Shown here: one piece after another, positions 49,929 to 60,301 of the stretch
How positions within the stretch are numbered: the first letter of the stretch is position 1
How the letters are laid out: each line of letters begins with the position of its first letter
Assembly: GCA_965218435.1 (NCBI GenBank)
Contig: CBDCKW010000009.1
Coordinates: 3,808,001-3,872,000, forward strand
DNA length: 64,000 bases
Reading direction: 5' to 3'
From: Truepera sp.
GTDB taxonomy: Bacteria; Deinococcota; Deinococci; Deinococcales; Trueperaceae
Position numbers and translations under genes: made by a program
The notes under the pieces: generated by a model
The model's database searches: none
What the model saw: only the letters and a program-made list of their open reading frames with translations
What the model was told of the DNA's origin: nothing

Positions 49929-52157
49929 GTGAGCGTTACCCTTAACACCCCAGCGACTGCCGCTGAGAAAGTTACCCCGTTTCCACTAGCTTGGTCCGTC
50001 GCTGCGGCTTTCTGCCTGGTTTTGGGAATTGCGCTCGCGGGTGCCGGTCTGCCGGTCTGGAGCAGCGCCGTGTGTGCGGGTGTATTCCTACTCGTCGGTC
50101 TGACCTTTGGTTTGCGGCTTATATTGCTGACGCTGCTTTTGATCCCACTCGGCTTTGTCCGGCTCGAGCTGTGGGAGGCGCGACCCCAACCGCTGGGGCC
50201 GCTGATCGGCACCACCCAAACCCTTTCCGGTGTGGGCGACGGCACCTATCTGACGCTGGGCGAACCCGCCGGGGCCAAAGTCGTCCTCTCACCCAAAGGT
50301 GTCGTCGGCGCAGGCCGCGTGACGCTGCGCGGCGACGTCGTAGAAGCGAGCCACAAACGCAATCCGGGCGGGTTTGATTACGCGGGATTTTTGGCGCGGC
50401 GTGGGGTCGGCGCACAAGTTTATGTAGATGAGGTAACGTCGTTTGAACCTGCTGGGGTGACTTTCAAAACGCGGTTGCAGCGTGGCGTCGTGGCAGGGTT
50501 GTCCCCGACGCAGGCGGCACTACAAGAAGCGATGACGCTCGGCATCCGCGACAATCTCCGCGACTTACGCGACGTTTTTGCAGCGGCAGGGTTGGCACAC
50601 GTGCTGGCGCTTTCAGGGCTGCATATCGGGGTGTTGATCGCCGCGTTGGGTTTCTTGCTGAGGCCGCTGGGGGTGCTGCGTTACCCGCTGTTGATCGGGT
50701 TTGTCGTGGCGTTTGCCGCGCTGGTCGGCGCGACGCCGAGCGTCTTGCGGGCGACGACGATGGCGGTTGCGGTGCTCTTATCCCTGTGGCTCGGGTCGGG
50801 CAGGCTCGAGCCCTGGCCCGCGCTGTCACTGGCGGCGCTGCTGGCGCTCTTGTGGAATCCGTCAGGGCTTTTCGACCTGTCGTTTCAACTCTCGTACTTG
50901 GCCGTGATCGGGATTTTGGTCTTCGCCTTGCCGACGCTCCGGTTACTGCACGCCTCTTCACTTCCGTGGTGGCACCCCAAAGCGTTGCTGCTCGGGTCGC
51001 TCGTGGTGAGTTTGGGCGCACAAGCGCCGCTCCTGCCGCTTCTCGCCCACACCTTTGGCACGGTGCCGCTGTTCGGTCCGCTGGTCAATATCGTGGCGCT
51101 GCCGCTGGCGACGGTGTTAGTCCCGCTGGGTTTCTTGGCGGGGGTGCTGGGTACGGTGTCGCTCCCCTTAGCAGCGTTCTTAAATCACCTGACTGCGCCG
51201 CTGGCCTCGGCGCTGATCTGGGCGGCGAACGAGAGTGCGACTTGGCCGAGCCTCGAGTGGGGCGAGATTGCGCCGGTCGGGTTTGCTTACTACAGCGTCG
51301 GAGCGTTCGCACTGGCGCTCGTGTCGCTGGGCAAACTGCGGCTCTGGCGGGGGCTGTTAGTCGTAGCGGCGGCACTTACGGCCTCGACGCTGACCCCTTC
51401 ACCTCACGGCAACGCCGAACTCGTCTATCTCGACGTAGGTCAGGGCGACAGCACCTTGATTCGTCTGCCGCACCGCACCGAAGTCTTGGTTGACGGTGGC
51501 GGGACGCCTTTTTCTGACTTTGATATTGGTGAGAACACTGTCGTTCCGGCGCTCCGGGCACTGGGGGTAGATGAGCTCGAGCTCGTCATCGCCTCTCACG
51601 CCGATACCGACCACATCGAAGGGTTGGCAAGTGTGCTCCGGGAGATGCCGGTCGGTGAACTGGTGATCGGGTATTCAGCAGCTGATTCGGGGGCGTTTGC
51701 GGCGCTGCTGGACGCGGCTGAAGCGCGCGGCGTCCCTGTCACCGAAGTGCGGCGTGGGGAGGTCTTGACTGTCGGTGACGCTCGGCTGGACATCCTCAAC
51801 CCACCCATGCAACCTTTTGAAGCGAGTAACGACAACTCGGTTGCGTTTGTGCTCGAGGCGCTCGGCACCAAAGCACTCTTTTTAGGCGATGTGCCGAGTA
51901 CGGTCGAAAATGTTTTGGCTGTACCCGACGTAGACGTCATAATGGTCGCACACCACGGCTCGAGGTTTTCTACCTCAGACGCGCTTCTCACCGCCGCCAG
52001 ACCTGAACAGGCCGTCTTGTCGTATGGCCGCAACAACTATGGGCACCCGAACCCGGATGTTCTGGCGCGGCTTAAAGCGCACGGCGTAGCGGTTTTTGAG
52101 ACACATCAAGTGGGCGCGGTGCGGCTGCCGCTAGGACGGCTAAGCAGCCATAAGTAA
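49929..52157 (+). CDS. comEC: Competence channel ComEC/Rec2
   Basis: [53 protein letters not shown]; start uncertain. Confidence 0.93.
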   Translation: MSVTLNTPATAAEKVTPFPLAWSVAAAFCLVLGIALAGAGLPVWSSAVCAGVFLLVGLTFGLRLILLTLLLIPLGFVRLELWEARPQPLGPLIGTTQTLSGVGDGTYLTLGEPAGAKVVLSPKGVVGAGRVTLRGDVVEASHKRNPGGFDYAGFLARRGVGAQVYVDEVTSFEPAGVTFKTRLQRGVVAGLSPTQAALQEAMTLGIRDNLRDLRDVFAAAGLAHVLALSGLHIGVLIAALGFLLRPLGVLRYPLLIGFVVAFAALVGATPSVLRATTMAVAVLLSLWLGSGRLEPWPALSLAALLALLWNPSGLFDLSFQLSYLAVIGILVFALPTLRLLHASSLPWWHPKALLLGSLVVSLGAQAPLLPLLAHTFGTVPLFGPLVNIVALPLATVLVPLGFLAGVLGTVSLPLAAFLNHLTAPLASALIWAANESATWPSLEWGEIAPVGFAYYSVGAFALALVSLGKLRLWRGLLVVAAALTASTLTPSPHGNAELVYLDVGQGDSTLIRLPHRTEVLVDGGGTPFSDFDIGENTVVPALRALGVDELELVIASHADTDHIEGLASVLREMPVGELVIGYSAADSGAFAALLDAAEARGVPVTEVRRGEVLTVGDARLDILNPPMQPFEASNDNSVAFVLEALGTKALFLGDVPSTVENVLAVPDVDVIMVAHHGSRFSTSDALLTAARPEQAVLSYGRNNYGHPNPDVLARLKAHGVAVFETHQVGAVRLPLGRLSSHK

Positions 52158-52296
52158 AGGCTTTGGCCATTCGTCGCTGCTTACCGGGTGAGGCTGACGC
52201 AAGTGTTGACCTGAACGTTAGACGAGCGTTTCTACAACGCTCGTCTAACCATGAAACGCCGCGCCGACATGTTAATTTGTTTACAGTGATAGGCCG

Positions 52297-53055
52297 ATGA
52301 TAACTCCTGTACGTGTGCTCTCGAGCGGTGGCCCCATGCGGGTCGAACTCGCCCGCTGGCAGGGCAAGCTGGTGGTCGTTAAGCAGCTGCAGGCCGCTTC
52401 GTCGGTTCTCGCCAACCGTCTGGGCCGCGAAGCTGCCGTCGTCACACATTTAGAGCATGAAAACATCGTGCCGCTCTTAGCAGTTCAAGATACGAGTCTG
52501 ATCTACGCGTACTGTCCCGGCGTCAGCTTAGGCGAGGCGCTGCAAAAAGGGCCACTCGGCACCGCCGACAGCCTGCGCTTTATCCGCAACGTGCTCTCAG
52601 CCCTCGTTTACGCGCACGCACAAAATGTGATTCACTTAGACGTCAAGCCCTCAAATATTCTTATCAACGGCGAAAAGGCGCTCCTGACCGACTTCGGCTT
52701 TGCCAAAGACCTCGCGCTCGCCTCGATTACGCAGCAGGGGATGTCACTTGGAACGCCCAACTACATGGCTCCCGAACAGTTTACCGGCGAGCGCAGTGAT
52801 CCTAGAAGCGACCTCTACGCGGTCGGCGCGGTTTTATATCATATGCTGACCGGCGCGCCCCCGTTTGAACGCGATATTTTTAGATTTTTAACGGGTGACC
52901 CCACGGTGACGCTTAAGCCGTTACCCGAGGCGGCCGCGCCGCTGACAGCGTTTGTGGAGCAGGCGCTCGAGTACGACCCCACGCGGCGTTTTAGCAGCGC
53001 CGCCGAGATGCGCAGCGCCCTTTCTCATGTCTATCTGGATGATCTATTCTTTTGA
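52297..53055 (+). CDS. Minimal cytoplasmic Hanks-type Ser/Thr kinase
   Basis: VVVK, HENIV, HLDVKPSN, DFG, GTPNYMAPE, SDLYAVG. Confidence 0.9.
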   Translation: MITPVRVLSSGGPMRVELARWQGKLVVVKQLQAASSVLANRLGREAAVVTHLEHENIVPLLAVQDTSLIYAYCPGVSLGEALQKGPLGTADSLRFIRNVLSALVYAHAQNVIHLDVKPSNILINGEKALLTDFGFAKDLALASITQQGMSLGTPNYMAPEQFTGERSDPRSDLYAVGAVLYHMLTGAPPFERDIFRFLTGDPTVTLKPLPEAAAPLTAFVEQALEYDPTRRFSSAAEMRSALSHVYLDDLFF

Positions 53056-53223
53056 CGGCCTACTTTAGAGCTCAGCTGAAAAACTGGTTGAATATAACGT
53101 ATCAAGAGAATAGTAAATACAGGAGGGAGGATATAATGAGCTCTGAACCCTATTCTTCATGCTATATTTTCCCTTCCCCTTTCTGTCCGACGGCTTCGGA
53201 GCAGCTCATCTTAGGTTCTACCG

Positions 53224-54156
53224 ATGATCTTATCGTTTAGCGGCGACCCTTTTTTGGCGACGCGTGCGGCGCGGCGCGCGCTCCGGTCGCGTGGGTTTCG
53301 CACCGAAGACACGACCGAACTCGGTGAAGGAATGAACGCGCCGCAAGTCGCTCAGCTCGCAGCGCAGTCGGGGCTGTTCGGTCAAGTGGCCTTGCTGTTA
53401 GACTTTGACGCGGCCTTTCGCGGTCAGGGCGGTGTCAAACCGCGTAACGACACGCTCAAAGTGTTAGAGACCGTTTCACCCGACACGCTCGTCGTGGTGC
53501 TCGATTTGGGCGCGACCCCGGCGCGGCAAAAGACGTACAACGCCCTCGGTACCCACGAAGCCCTGCCGACGCCGCGCTTTAACGCGCTCACGCACTGGGT
53601 CAGACAAGAGTTGCAGGCCGCTGAGGTCGAGGTTGAAAAAGATGTGCCCGATACTCTCGCCGACCTGTTTGGGGAAGACCTGCCGGGGATTGCCGCTGAG
53701 ATTCAGAAGCTGGCAGTCTTAGGCGAAACCTTAACGAGTGAGCGCGTCCGTGAGATCGTCAACCGGCCCGCCTCGAGAGACGCTTTTGCCCTGATCGAAG
53801 CCGTGATGCAAGCCGACGTGCGCCGTGCGCTAAACGTCACCCGCAGTTTGGTTGCGCAAGGTGAAGCCCCGCCGCGCGTGCTCGGGGCATTGACCTGGCA
53901 GTACAACCTGGTGGCGCGCTGCGTCGGCCTCCAGGCAGGGCGCGCTCGAGTGGACGCCGGACTGGTCGCGCAAACGCTCAAAGTCAAGCCGTTCGTCGCG
54001 CAAAAGGCGCTGGCTATTGCCAAAAACTTAGACGAAGCAGGGCTAAAACGTGTTCTTACCAGCCTCTTAAACGCAGACATAGCGATGAAAACCGGCAAAG
54101 ACGAGGTGTGGGCGCTCGAGAGTTTGGCGATCGAGCTGTCCTCACGCCCAGCTTAG
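53224..54156 (+). CDS. holA: DNA polymerase III delta subunit
   Basis: GDPFLA, GLFG, EIQKL, AF.LIEA, ADIAMKTG; com-holA synteny. Confidence 0.88.
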   Translation: MILSFSGDPFLATRAARRALRSRGFRTEDTTELGEGMNAPQVAQLAAQSGLFGQVALLLDFDAAFRGQGGVKPRNDTLKVLETVSPDTLVVVLDLGATPARQKTYNALGTHEALPTPRFNALTHWVRQELQAAEVEVEKDVPDTLADLFGEDLPGIAAEIQKLAVLGETLTSERVREIVNRPASRDAFALIEAVMQADVRRALNVTRSLVAQGEAPPRVLGALTWQYNLVARCVGLQAGRARVDAGLVAQTLKVKPFVAQKALAIAKNLDEAGLKRVLTSLLNADIAMKTGKDEVWALESLAIELSSRPA

Positions 54157-54225
54157 AATCAAACAAAATACACGAAGTCCGTGTACACTGAGCTCGCACA
54201 AACGCTACGGGAAAGGTTTTAGGTT

Positions 54226-55129
54226 ACCTCGACTGCTAGGGGGTAGCTCTATAGGGAGAAAAAAGCGAAGATAGCGCGATTTGGAAATCGCGCTATCTTC
54301 TAGAGCAGCATACCGTCAGCGAGTTGTTCACGGTCGTATACGTGCTGGTCGATGATTACCTCAGAGCCGGGGTGCAGCAAGGCAGATTTGTGCTGCCCGA
54401 GTCCAAGCAGCAAAAGGGTAGCTACGCAGAACTGATGAGCATTGCCTTGGTGGGCGATCTGCTTAACCAGGCCGATGTGGGGCTGTGGTTCAACCTAGTC
54501 AAGAGCGAGTACAAGGGCTTGTTCCCGGTGTTGCCCGACGATACGCGCTACTACCGGGTACTCAAGAAGCTAGAACGCCTCTGGGCCGAGCTAGCCCTGG
54601 TGCTCACCGCGCAGCACGCTACATGGGCTTACAGTATCGACTCCAAACCGCTGCCGGTGTGTAAGTTCAAGCGTCACCGACGGCCTCGGGCCATGACCGA
54701 AGCGACCGTAGGCTTCTCGACCCAAGGTGCCGTATACGGCTTCAAACTTCACGCCCTCACGACCTCGCAAGGGCTCATTGTCAAGTTCGCCAGCGCCCCG
54801 GCACACGAAGCCGCTGTCACCGTTGCTAGAGCCTTGCTCGGTAAAGCCGAACGGGGTGCAAGCTTAGGCGACAAAGCCTATCTCGGTTGTGGCGTCTACA
54901 CCCCTCCCAAGGCCAACGCGCTCACGCCCGGCATCTGGACCCAGCTCATGGATGCGTCTCGAAAAACCATCGAAAGCGTCTTTTCCTCGCTCTCCCGCAC
55001 CAAACATCTTGTCCTTGGTCAGCGCAACTCGTTTCATTCGCTCCGGGCACACGTCTGTCGCAAGATAGCAGCGCATAACTTCGCCCTTATCTTCGCTTCC
55101 TAGACCCCTTATCCCCTAGCAGTCGAGGT
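54226..55129 (+). mobile_element. IS982-family insertion sequence (904 bp)
   Basis: 17-bp terminal IRs ACCTCGACTGCTAGGGG / CCCCTAGCAGTCGAGGT; 5-bp direct repeat AGGTT at 54221-54225 and 55130-55134. Confidence 0.9.
54324..55103 (+). CDS. IS982-family DDE transposase (true start uncertain)
   Basis: [36 protein letters not shown]. Confidence 0.85.
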   Translation: MFTVVYVLVDDYLRAGVQQGRFVLPESKQQKGSYAELMSIALVGDLLNQADVGLWFNLVKSEYKGLFPVLPDDTRYYRVLKKLERLWAELALVLTAQHATWAYSIDSKPLPVCKFKRHRRPRAMTEATVGFSTQGAVYGFKLHALTTSQGLIVKFASAPAHEAAVTVARALLGKAERGASLGDKAYLGCGVYTPPKANALTPGIWTQLMDASRKTIESVFSSLSRTKHLVLGQRNSFHSLRAHVCRKIAAHNFALIFAS

Positions 55130-55132
55130 AGG

Positions 55133-55561
55133 TTGATGCCGCTCTCGCCGCTCGAGCTGCTCCGCTTTGACGAGTGGGACCGGATGATCGACGTGAACAT
55201 CAAAGGGGTGCTTTACGGCATTGGCGCAGCACTCCCCTACATGAAAGAGCAGAAAAGCGGACAAATCATCAACGTCTCGTCCGTTGCCAGGCATAAGATC
55301 AACCCCGGTGGTGCGGTCTATTCCGCCACGAAATATGCCGTGCGGGTGATTTCAGAAGCTTTGCGCCAAGAGGTCAAGCCCTATAACATCCGCACGACCG
55401 TCATCTCGCCGGGTGCGGTAGACACCGAGTTGCCCCAGTCGGTCGGTGCCGAGGGCGTTTCAGAGGCGGTCAACAAACTCTGCAAGGAGAACGCTATCCC
55501 TGCCAGTAGCTTTGCCCGCTGTGTCTTATTTGCCATGAGTCAGCTCGAGACTGCACTTTAA
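55133..55561 (+). pseudogene. Truncated SDR oxidoreductase fragment
   Basis: Begins at LMPLSP (just after the NNAG position) and keeps YSATK, but lacks the N-terminal TGxxxGxG Rossmann motif; C-terminus looks short. Confidence 0.8.
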
Positions 55562-55661
55562 GAAACTTGGTCGCGGTAGCTACGTGACGTGCGAGGTAAC
55601 GTGCGCCGGTACAGCTACGTCGCGCTTTACAGGGGCGTCACACAGCACTTCACGTAGTACT

Positions 55662-56441
55662 TCACATGGCACTCGATCTGCCCGTTAGCGCGAGCACGGT
55701 ACGGCGCGGCAGGAGGCGGAGAAAGCGAGCGGTCAGCCGGTTGGACCAACCTGAAATGACGCTCGGCGGCTTCTGGGGAGACTCGAGGGCCGTAAGCGCA
55801 GTTTTGACGACTTGCTCGGGCGTTTCAAAGCGGACGTTCGACTCATCGCTCCCTGAGCTGGCATAAAACTCCGTCCGGGTTGGACCTGGAGAGACCGCCA
55901 TCACTCTGACGTTGCTACGGCGAAGTTCGTAGGACAGCGCCTCGGTAAAGCTGAGGACGAACGCCTTGGACGCTGCGTAAACTGCCATCCCCGGCACCGG
56001 CATATGCGCCGTGAGGCTGGCGACGTTGAGGATGGTGCCTTCGTTGCGAGCTACCATTCCCGGCGCGAAAGCTCGGGAAAGCTCGGTAAGGGCTGTGACG
56101 TTGACTGCGATTTGGTTACGCATTAGCGTCTGATCGCTTTCAGTAAACGCGCCCTGCGAGCCCAACCCGGCGTTATTTACCAGCAGCGAGATGGTAAGTT
56201 CCTTTTCTTGTACGGTTTTGGAAAGTTTCTGACCGGCTCCCGGTTGAGAAAGGTCGAGTGGAATGACCCATACGGACACGCCGTGAGCCGTGCGGAGCTG
56301 CGCTGCCAGCGTTTCGAGCTTCTCGAGCCGACGGGCGACAAGAACGAGATCGGTGCCCCGGGCTGCTAACTCGGCGGCAAACTCAGCGCCCAAGCCGGAG
56401 CTAGCTCCGGTGACCAGGGCAGTTTTACCTCGGTAGTTCAC
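55662..56441 (-). CDS. SDR family oxidoreductase (DltE-like)
   Basis: TGASSGLG, LVARR, NNAG, YAASKAFV, PGPTRTEF. Confidence 0.92.
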   Translation of the reverse strand: MNYRGKTALVTGASSGLGAEFAAELAARGTDLVLVARRLEKLETLAAQLRTAHGVSVWVIPLDLSQPGAGQKLSKTVQEKELTISLLVNNAGLGSQGAFTESDQTLMRNQIAVNVTALTELSRAFAPGMVARNEGTILNVASLTAHMPVPGMAVYAASKAFVLSFTEALSYELRRSNVRVMAVSPGPTRTEFYASSGSDESNVRFETPEQVVKTALTALESPQKPPSVISGWSNRLTARFLRLLPRRTVLALTGRSSAM

Positions 56442-56456
56442 TATCTTCTCCTTTCA

Positions 56457-56504
56457 GGTTGACACATGTTAACCATGATAAGCTTATTGTTAACAGCTGT
56501 CAAC
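56457..56504. promoter_or_regulatory. Two TetR-type operator palindromes
   Basis: GTTGACA-ca-TGTTAAC (56458-56473) and GTTAACA-gc-TGTCAAC (56489-56504) between the divergent SDR and TetR genes. Confidence 0.75.
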
Positions 56505-56532
56505 CTATCGTCTAAAGGAGGTTAGCTTCTCA

Positions 56533-57141
56533 ATGTCAAAAGATCATGAGCGTACCGCTACAGACGGGCTCAAAACAAAGCTGCTCAATGTGGCCGAACG
56601 GCTACTGACCACGACACCGCTGGTCACCCTACCGTCACTGCGGTCAATCGCTCGGGAGTGTAACGTCTCAGCCACCGCCGTCTACCGCTACTTTGATTCG
56701 CAAAAAGACCTTATCCTCTCGGTGCTTACAACCAGATTTGCCGACTTTGAGGCTACGATATTAGCGGCTGACGATTCCGCCCTTTCACCGGAAAAACGTG
56801 TGCAAAACATTGCTCAGGCGTATATGGTTTGGGGGCTCGAGAATCCCGGTACCTACATCCTGCTTTTCGAGAGTGCCGACCAGCTCGGCGACGACTACGT
56901 GATCGGGGACGCCCCTAGCATCCTGATGAGCCGCCTGACCGAGATACTGGCGAAGAGCCAGCTGACAGATATGGTGCCGGCTATAGTGCCGGCAGACGCT
57001 GCCGAGCGTTTATGGACCTACCTGCACGGCCTCGTCTCACTACGCGCCCACAAACCCGCCCACCCGTGGCGACGGAGCGGACGCGACGAAGTCGAAAGCC
57101 TGATCATGCTGTTTTTTGCCCCGGCAAAGTTTCCGAGATAG
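56533..57141 (+). CDS. TetR/AcrR-family regulator (WHG-type C-terminus)
   Basis: SLRSIARECNVSATAVYRYF; LWTYLHGLVSL. Confidence 0.9.
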   Translation: MSKDHERTATDGLKTKLLNVAERLLTTTPLVTLPSLRSIARECNVSATAVYRYFDSQKDLILSVLTTRFADFEATILAADDSALSPEKRVQNIAQAYMVWGLENPGTYILLFESADQLGDDYVIGDAPSILMSRLTEILAKSQLTDMVPAIVPADAAERLWTYLHGLVSLRAHKPAHPWRRSGRDEVESLIMLFFAPAKFPR

Positions 57142-57316
57142 CTTTTGAGCCGTCTTGACGACTAAGCGGGCAAGCTCATTTGCTTAGTCGTCCCGGTCAA
57201 CCCGGCTGTTCTAAATCGTCGCTGAAGCGTGGTTAAGGTAGGTGTGCTGAAAGTAAAAGCTATAAACGTCACACTTCAGCACCGCGCTTCTCACCCGCGC
57301 CGTCGTACACTCCGTT

Positions 57317-58024
57317 ATGCGTTCTTCGATACCCGCACGGCGGCTTTTACGGCGGCTCTTTATGGGCTTGTCGGCTTTAACTCTGCTTTCAACTTATGCA
57401 GCACCGGTCAACGCTCAGGCTGACACCCAAACCGATACGCAGGTTGGCAGCGCCCAGGATTTTGCGGCGCTGAGCATTCGGCCGAGCGGCCCCGAAGAAC
57501 TCGACTTAACCACCGGCGTCACTACCTTGCCGCAAGGGGGTGAAATCGGTTACCGCGCTGAGAACGTTACGCTTAAAGGAGACTATATCCGCTACCTCGA
57601 GGGCGACTTCGTTGAGGTCCGGGGGGCGACGGTCACGGGCGACTTCGGACATCTGCGTGCGCCGCAGCTGCGCTTCGACGTGGGCGCACAAACCCTCGAG
57701 GCCAAAGGCGGCGCGACGTTTTCGGGAGAGGCGTTGGAGCTCACCGCCGCGACCCTCTTACTCGATTTAGAAAGTGATACTGCGGTGCTCGAGGGCGACG
57801 TGACCAGCGAAACTCCTGAACTCACCGCTCAGCGCGTCCTGGTTGACCTGACCGGTTCGCAAGGGCTCTTGGTCGGGCCGTACACCTATCAAAACGGCCC
57901 GATTGGGCTGAAGGGTGGGGCAGACAAGCTGCTGGCCCTCTCATGGGACGTCTCAGGTGCGCTGAGCGCGGACAGCCAAGTTCCGGCAGCCTTACAAGCG
58001 CGGTTTGCTGCGTATCTTCGTTGA
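57317..58024 (+). CDS. Secreted LptA/OstA-like beta-jellyroll protein
   Basis: Signal peptide; repeated A..L.(F/L)D.....LE(A/G).G.V beta motifs; adjacent to LptD-like and LptF-like genes. Confidence 0.5.
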   Translation: MRSSIPARRLLRRLFMGLSALTLLSTYAAPVNAQADTQTDTQVGSAQDFAALSIRPSGPEELDLTTGVTTLPQGGEIGYRAENVTLKGDYIRYLEGDFVEVRGATVTGDFGHLRAPQLRFDVGAQTLEAKGGATFSGEALELTAATLLLDLESDTAVLEGDVTSETPELTAQRVLVDLTGSQGLLVGPYTYQNGPIGLKGGADKLLALSWDVSGALSADSQVPAALQARFAAYLR

Positions 58025-58103
58025 CCAAACCGGTTTTGATTGACGCCGCTAACACCGCCGTAGTCGTCTCGCTTTTCGTTTTGTCTAACGCTATGCAAGG
58101 TGA

Positions 58104-60116
58104 ATGACTAACGCCTGGATGATCTGTACCCGTTTAGGTCTCTTGCTGCTGTTTCTAGGAACCGGCGTGGCCCTGGCAGCTTGCGACCCCGCCGACTATG
58201 GCCAGGAGCTTACGCTTCGAGGGGTTGGCACGGCTTACGTCGGTAATCTGCGTTTTGACCCCGTAAAAGACGAAGCCGAACTCTTTGACGGCGTGTGTTT
58301 TGTCTCTGAAGGTACGCCTCAGCTCACCCTCAACGCGCCGACGATGCGCGTCGAAAAGGTGCAGACAAAGCCGACGTTCGTCGCGCGAGGGGCGACCTTG
58401 ACGCTGGCTACCTACACGGTCTTCGCTGAAGAACTTTCCGGTAATGCCGGGGGGCTTGAGCTCCGCAACTTGTCCATTATGAGCCCTCAGTTTTCCGGTA
58501 CGGCGGTGCGCGCCCGTTACACCTTAGCAAGCGGGCAGACGATCTTTAGCGGCGTCAACTTGAAGCTCGGGAACTTCCGGGTTGAGAGCACGGCGGCTGG
58601 GTTGACTGAAAACACGCTGGTACTGCGTTCGGCCAGAGCCACGACCTGCGCGTGCGAAAACGGTGGGCTCTACGCGCTCACCGCGCCGGAGGTAGTGATT
58701 GACCTTGGCAGCGGTCTCGTACGGGTTGAGCAGGGCGTGCTCGAGACCCTCGGGTTGCGGTTTGGCCTGACGCCCAATCTGCGGCTTCTCTTGGGCAGCG
58801 CACCGCGTCCGGGTGCGGGCCGTGTTCAGGTGGGCGGCGCGGCCCTGTTACCTGCCGCGCCTGTGCCCGAACCGGTTGGTACGGTGTTTGACGAAGGGAC
58901 GCGTTTGGCGCTGCCCCTACAGCTCGCGCCGTGGGGGAAGCTCGAGCTCGGCGCGGCAGGTCTTGATACCGAGCATCCGCTCGGGCTCGTCTCACTGTTG
59001 CAGCTGGGCTTTGCGCTCGGTCAGAGCAGCGTGCAGGCGGTGCTCGGCCGCACCGGGCCGGGGCTACGTGCCGACGCGCTGCTAAGGACGCCGCTCGCAC
59101 CGGGCGTCGGCGTTGACCTGAGCACCACCAACCGCCTTTGGGCCGACGCCGACTTTATCCGTGAAGGGGCGCTCGGGGTTTACGGCGGTCGCCGCCTACG
59201 GGGGGCGCTGGGCGCTGCTGACACGCTCGTTTTGGGCGGCCAGCTGTTTGCGGCGTTGTCGCAGCAGACACTCGCGGGCAGCGTGGTGCGGTCGCCGCGC
59301 CTCGGCGTTCGGGGGAGTTTTACCTACGCTTTACCGACTGCCGCGGGCATCTTCGGCCTCCGCACTGAAACAGGGCTGACATTTTACCCGCAGGGTGCGG
59401 ACGGAGCGGCTGACCTGACCCAGTTCGGGGTGCGGTTGCAACCGTCGTGGCACAAAGAGTTCGGCAACTTGCGGTTGGCGCTCGGCTTTGACCATCAGGC
59501 GGTTTACGGGACTTCACCGTTTTCCGTGAAGTTAGACCGGCTCGAGCCCCGGAGCGTCTTAGACGCGGCCCTGACTTGGGGCGGGGGAGCACGCAGCCTC
59601 CGTGTCGGCGGCGTCTACGCGTTCACGCTCTCAGGCGCGGAAAATCCTTTTCGGCGGCTGCGGCTCGACGCCGCCATGACGCTACCGGTTTTCGGCGTGG
59701 TGACGCGCAACACGTTCAGCGCCGAACTTGCCGGTCTGTTAGGTCCTCCCGACCCTGACGTGGACGCGTTTGTCACTGCTGAAACCGGCTTGGACCTACC
59801 CGCTTCGCCGCTCGAGCTCGGGGTGCGGGTCCGTTATGACCTGTTGCCCCAAGAACTCGGCCTCAAACTCTTAGAGGTGTACGCAAGTTATCCCCTCACC
59901 CTGCAAAACGTGACCTTACGGCCCTTTTTAGGGCTCAACGCGGCCCCCTTACTCGTTGGCGACACTGTAGCCGGCGCACCGCTCCCGGTGGTGTCGGGGT
60001 ACGGGCTCGAGGTCGCCTACCGGAGCTGTTGCGGGACGCTGCGGGCGTCTTACCAGCTGCACGACCAGACCGTAAAAACTTCATTCGATATACGTTTGGC
60101 GGAAGTTACGCCGTGA
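58104..60116 (+). CDS. LptD-like outer-membrane protein
   Basis: Signal peptide; ARATTC...YALTAPEVVID resembles the LptD TTC motif; alternating beta-strand C-terminal region with YRSCC. Confidence 0.55.
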   Translation: MTNAWMICTRLGLLLLFLGTGVALAACDPADYGQELTLRGVGTAYVGNLRFDPVKDEAELFDGVCFVSEGTPQLTLNAPTMRVEKVQTKPTFVARGATLTLATYTVFAEELSGNAGGLELRNLSIMSPQFSGTAVRARYTLASGQTIFSGVNLKLGNFRVESTAAGLTENTLVLRSARATTCACENGGLYALTAPEVVIDLGSGLVRVEQGVLETLGLRFGLTPNLRLLLGSAPRPGAGRVQVGGAALLPAAPVPEPVGTVFDEGTRLALPLQLAPWGKLELGAAGLDTEHPLGLVSLLQLGFALGQSSVQAVLGRTGPGLRADALLRTPLAPGVGVDLSTTNRLWADADFIREGALGVYGGRRLRGALGAADTLVLGGQLFAALSQQTLAGSVVRSPRLGVRGSFTYALPTAAGIFGLRTETGLTFYPQGADGAADLTQFGVRLQPSWHKEFGNLRLALGFDHQAVYGTSPFSVKLDRLEPRSVLDAALTWGGGARSLRVGGVYAFTLSGAENPFRRLRLDAAMTLPVFGVVTRNTFSAELAGLLGPPDPDVDAFVTAETGLDLPASPLELGVRVRYDLLPQELGLKLLEVYASYPLTLQNVTLRPFLGLNAAPLLVGDTVAGAPLPVVSGYGLEVAYRSCCGTLRASYQLHDQTVKTSFDIRLAEVTP

Positions 60117-60301
60117 GAGACGCTGTAAGAAACACCGCGAGGGGAACCGTTCGCCAAGCCGCCGAGCCGCGACTTAACAGGTCTTACCGGGGCCAAAACC
60201 TGGTACTGTAGAACGAGTTTGACCTCTTTCGCCTGCGGAATGACCCTTATCAGCTGCCCCTATATCAACAAGGGATAAACTTCGTTTTGTGACGCTCAGC
60301 T

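Noticed and set aside
49454..51493. Long alternative ORFs over comEA/comEC (49454-50245, 50464-51021, 50786-51493)
   Set aside because: Typical high-GC off-frame or antisense ORFs with Arg/Ala/Ser-rich, motif-free composition.
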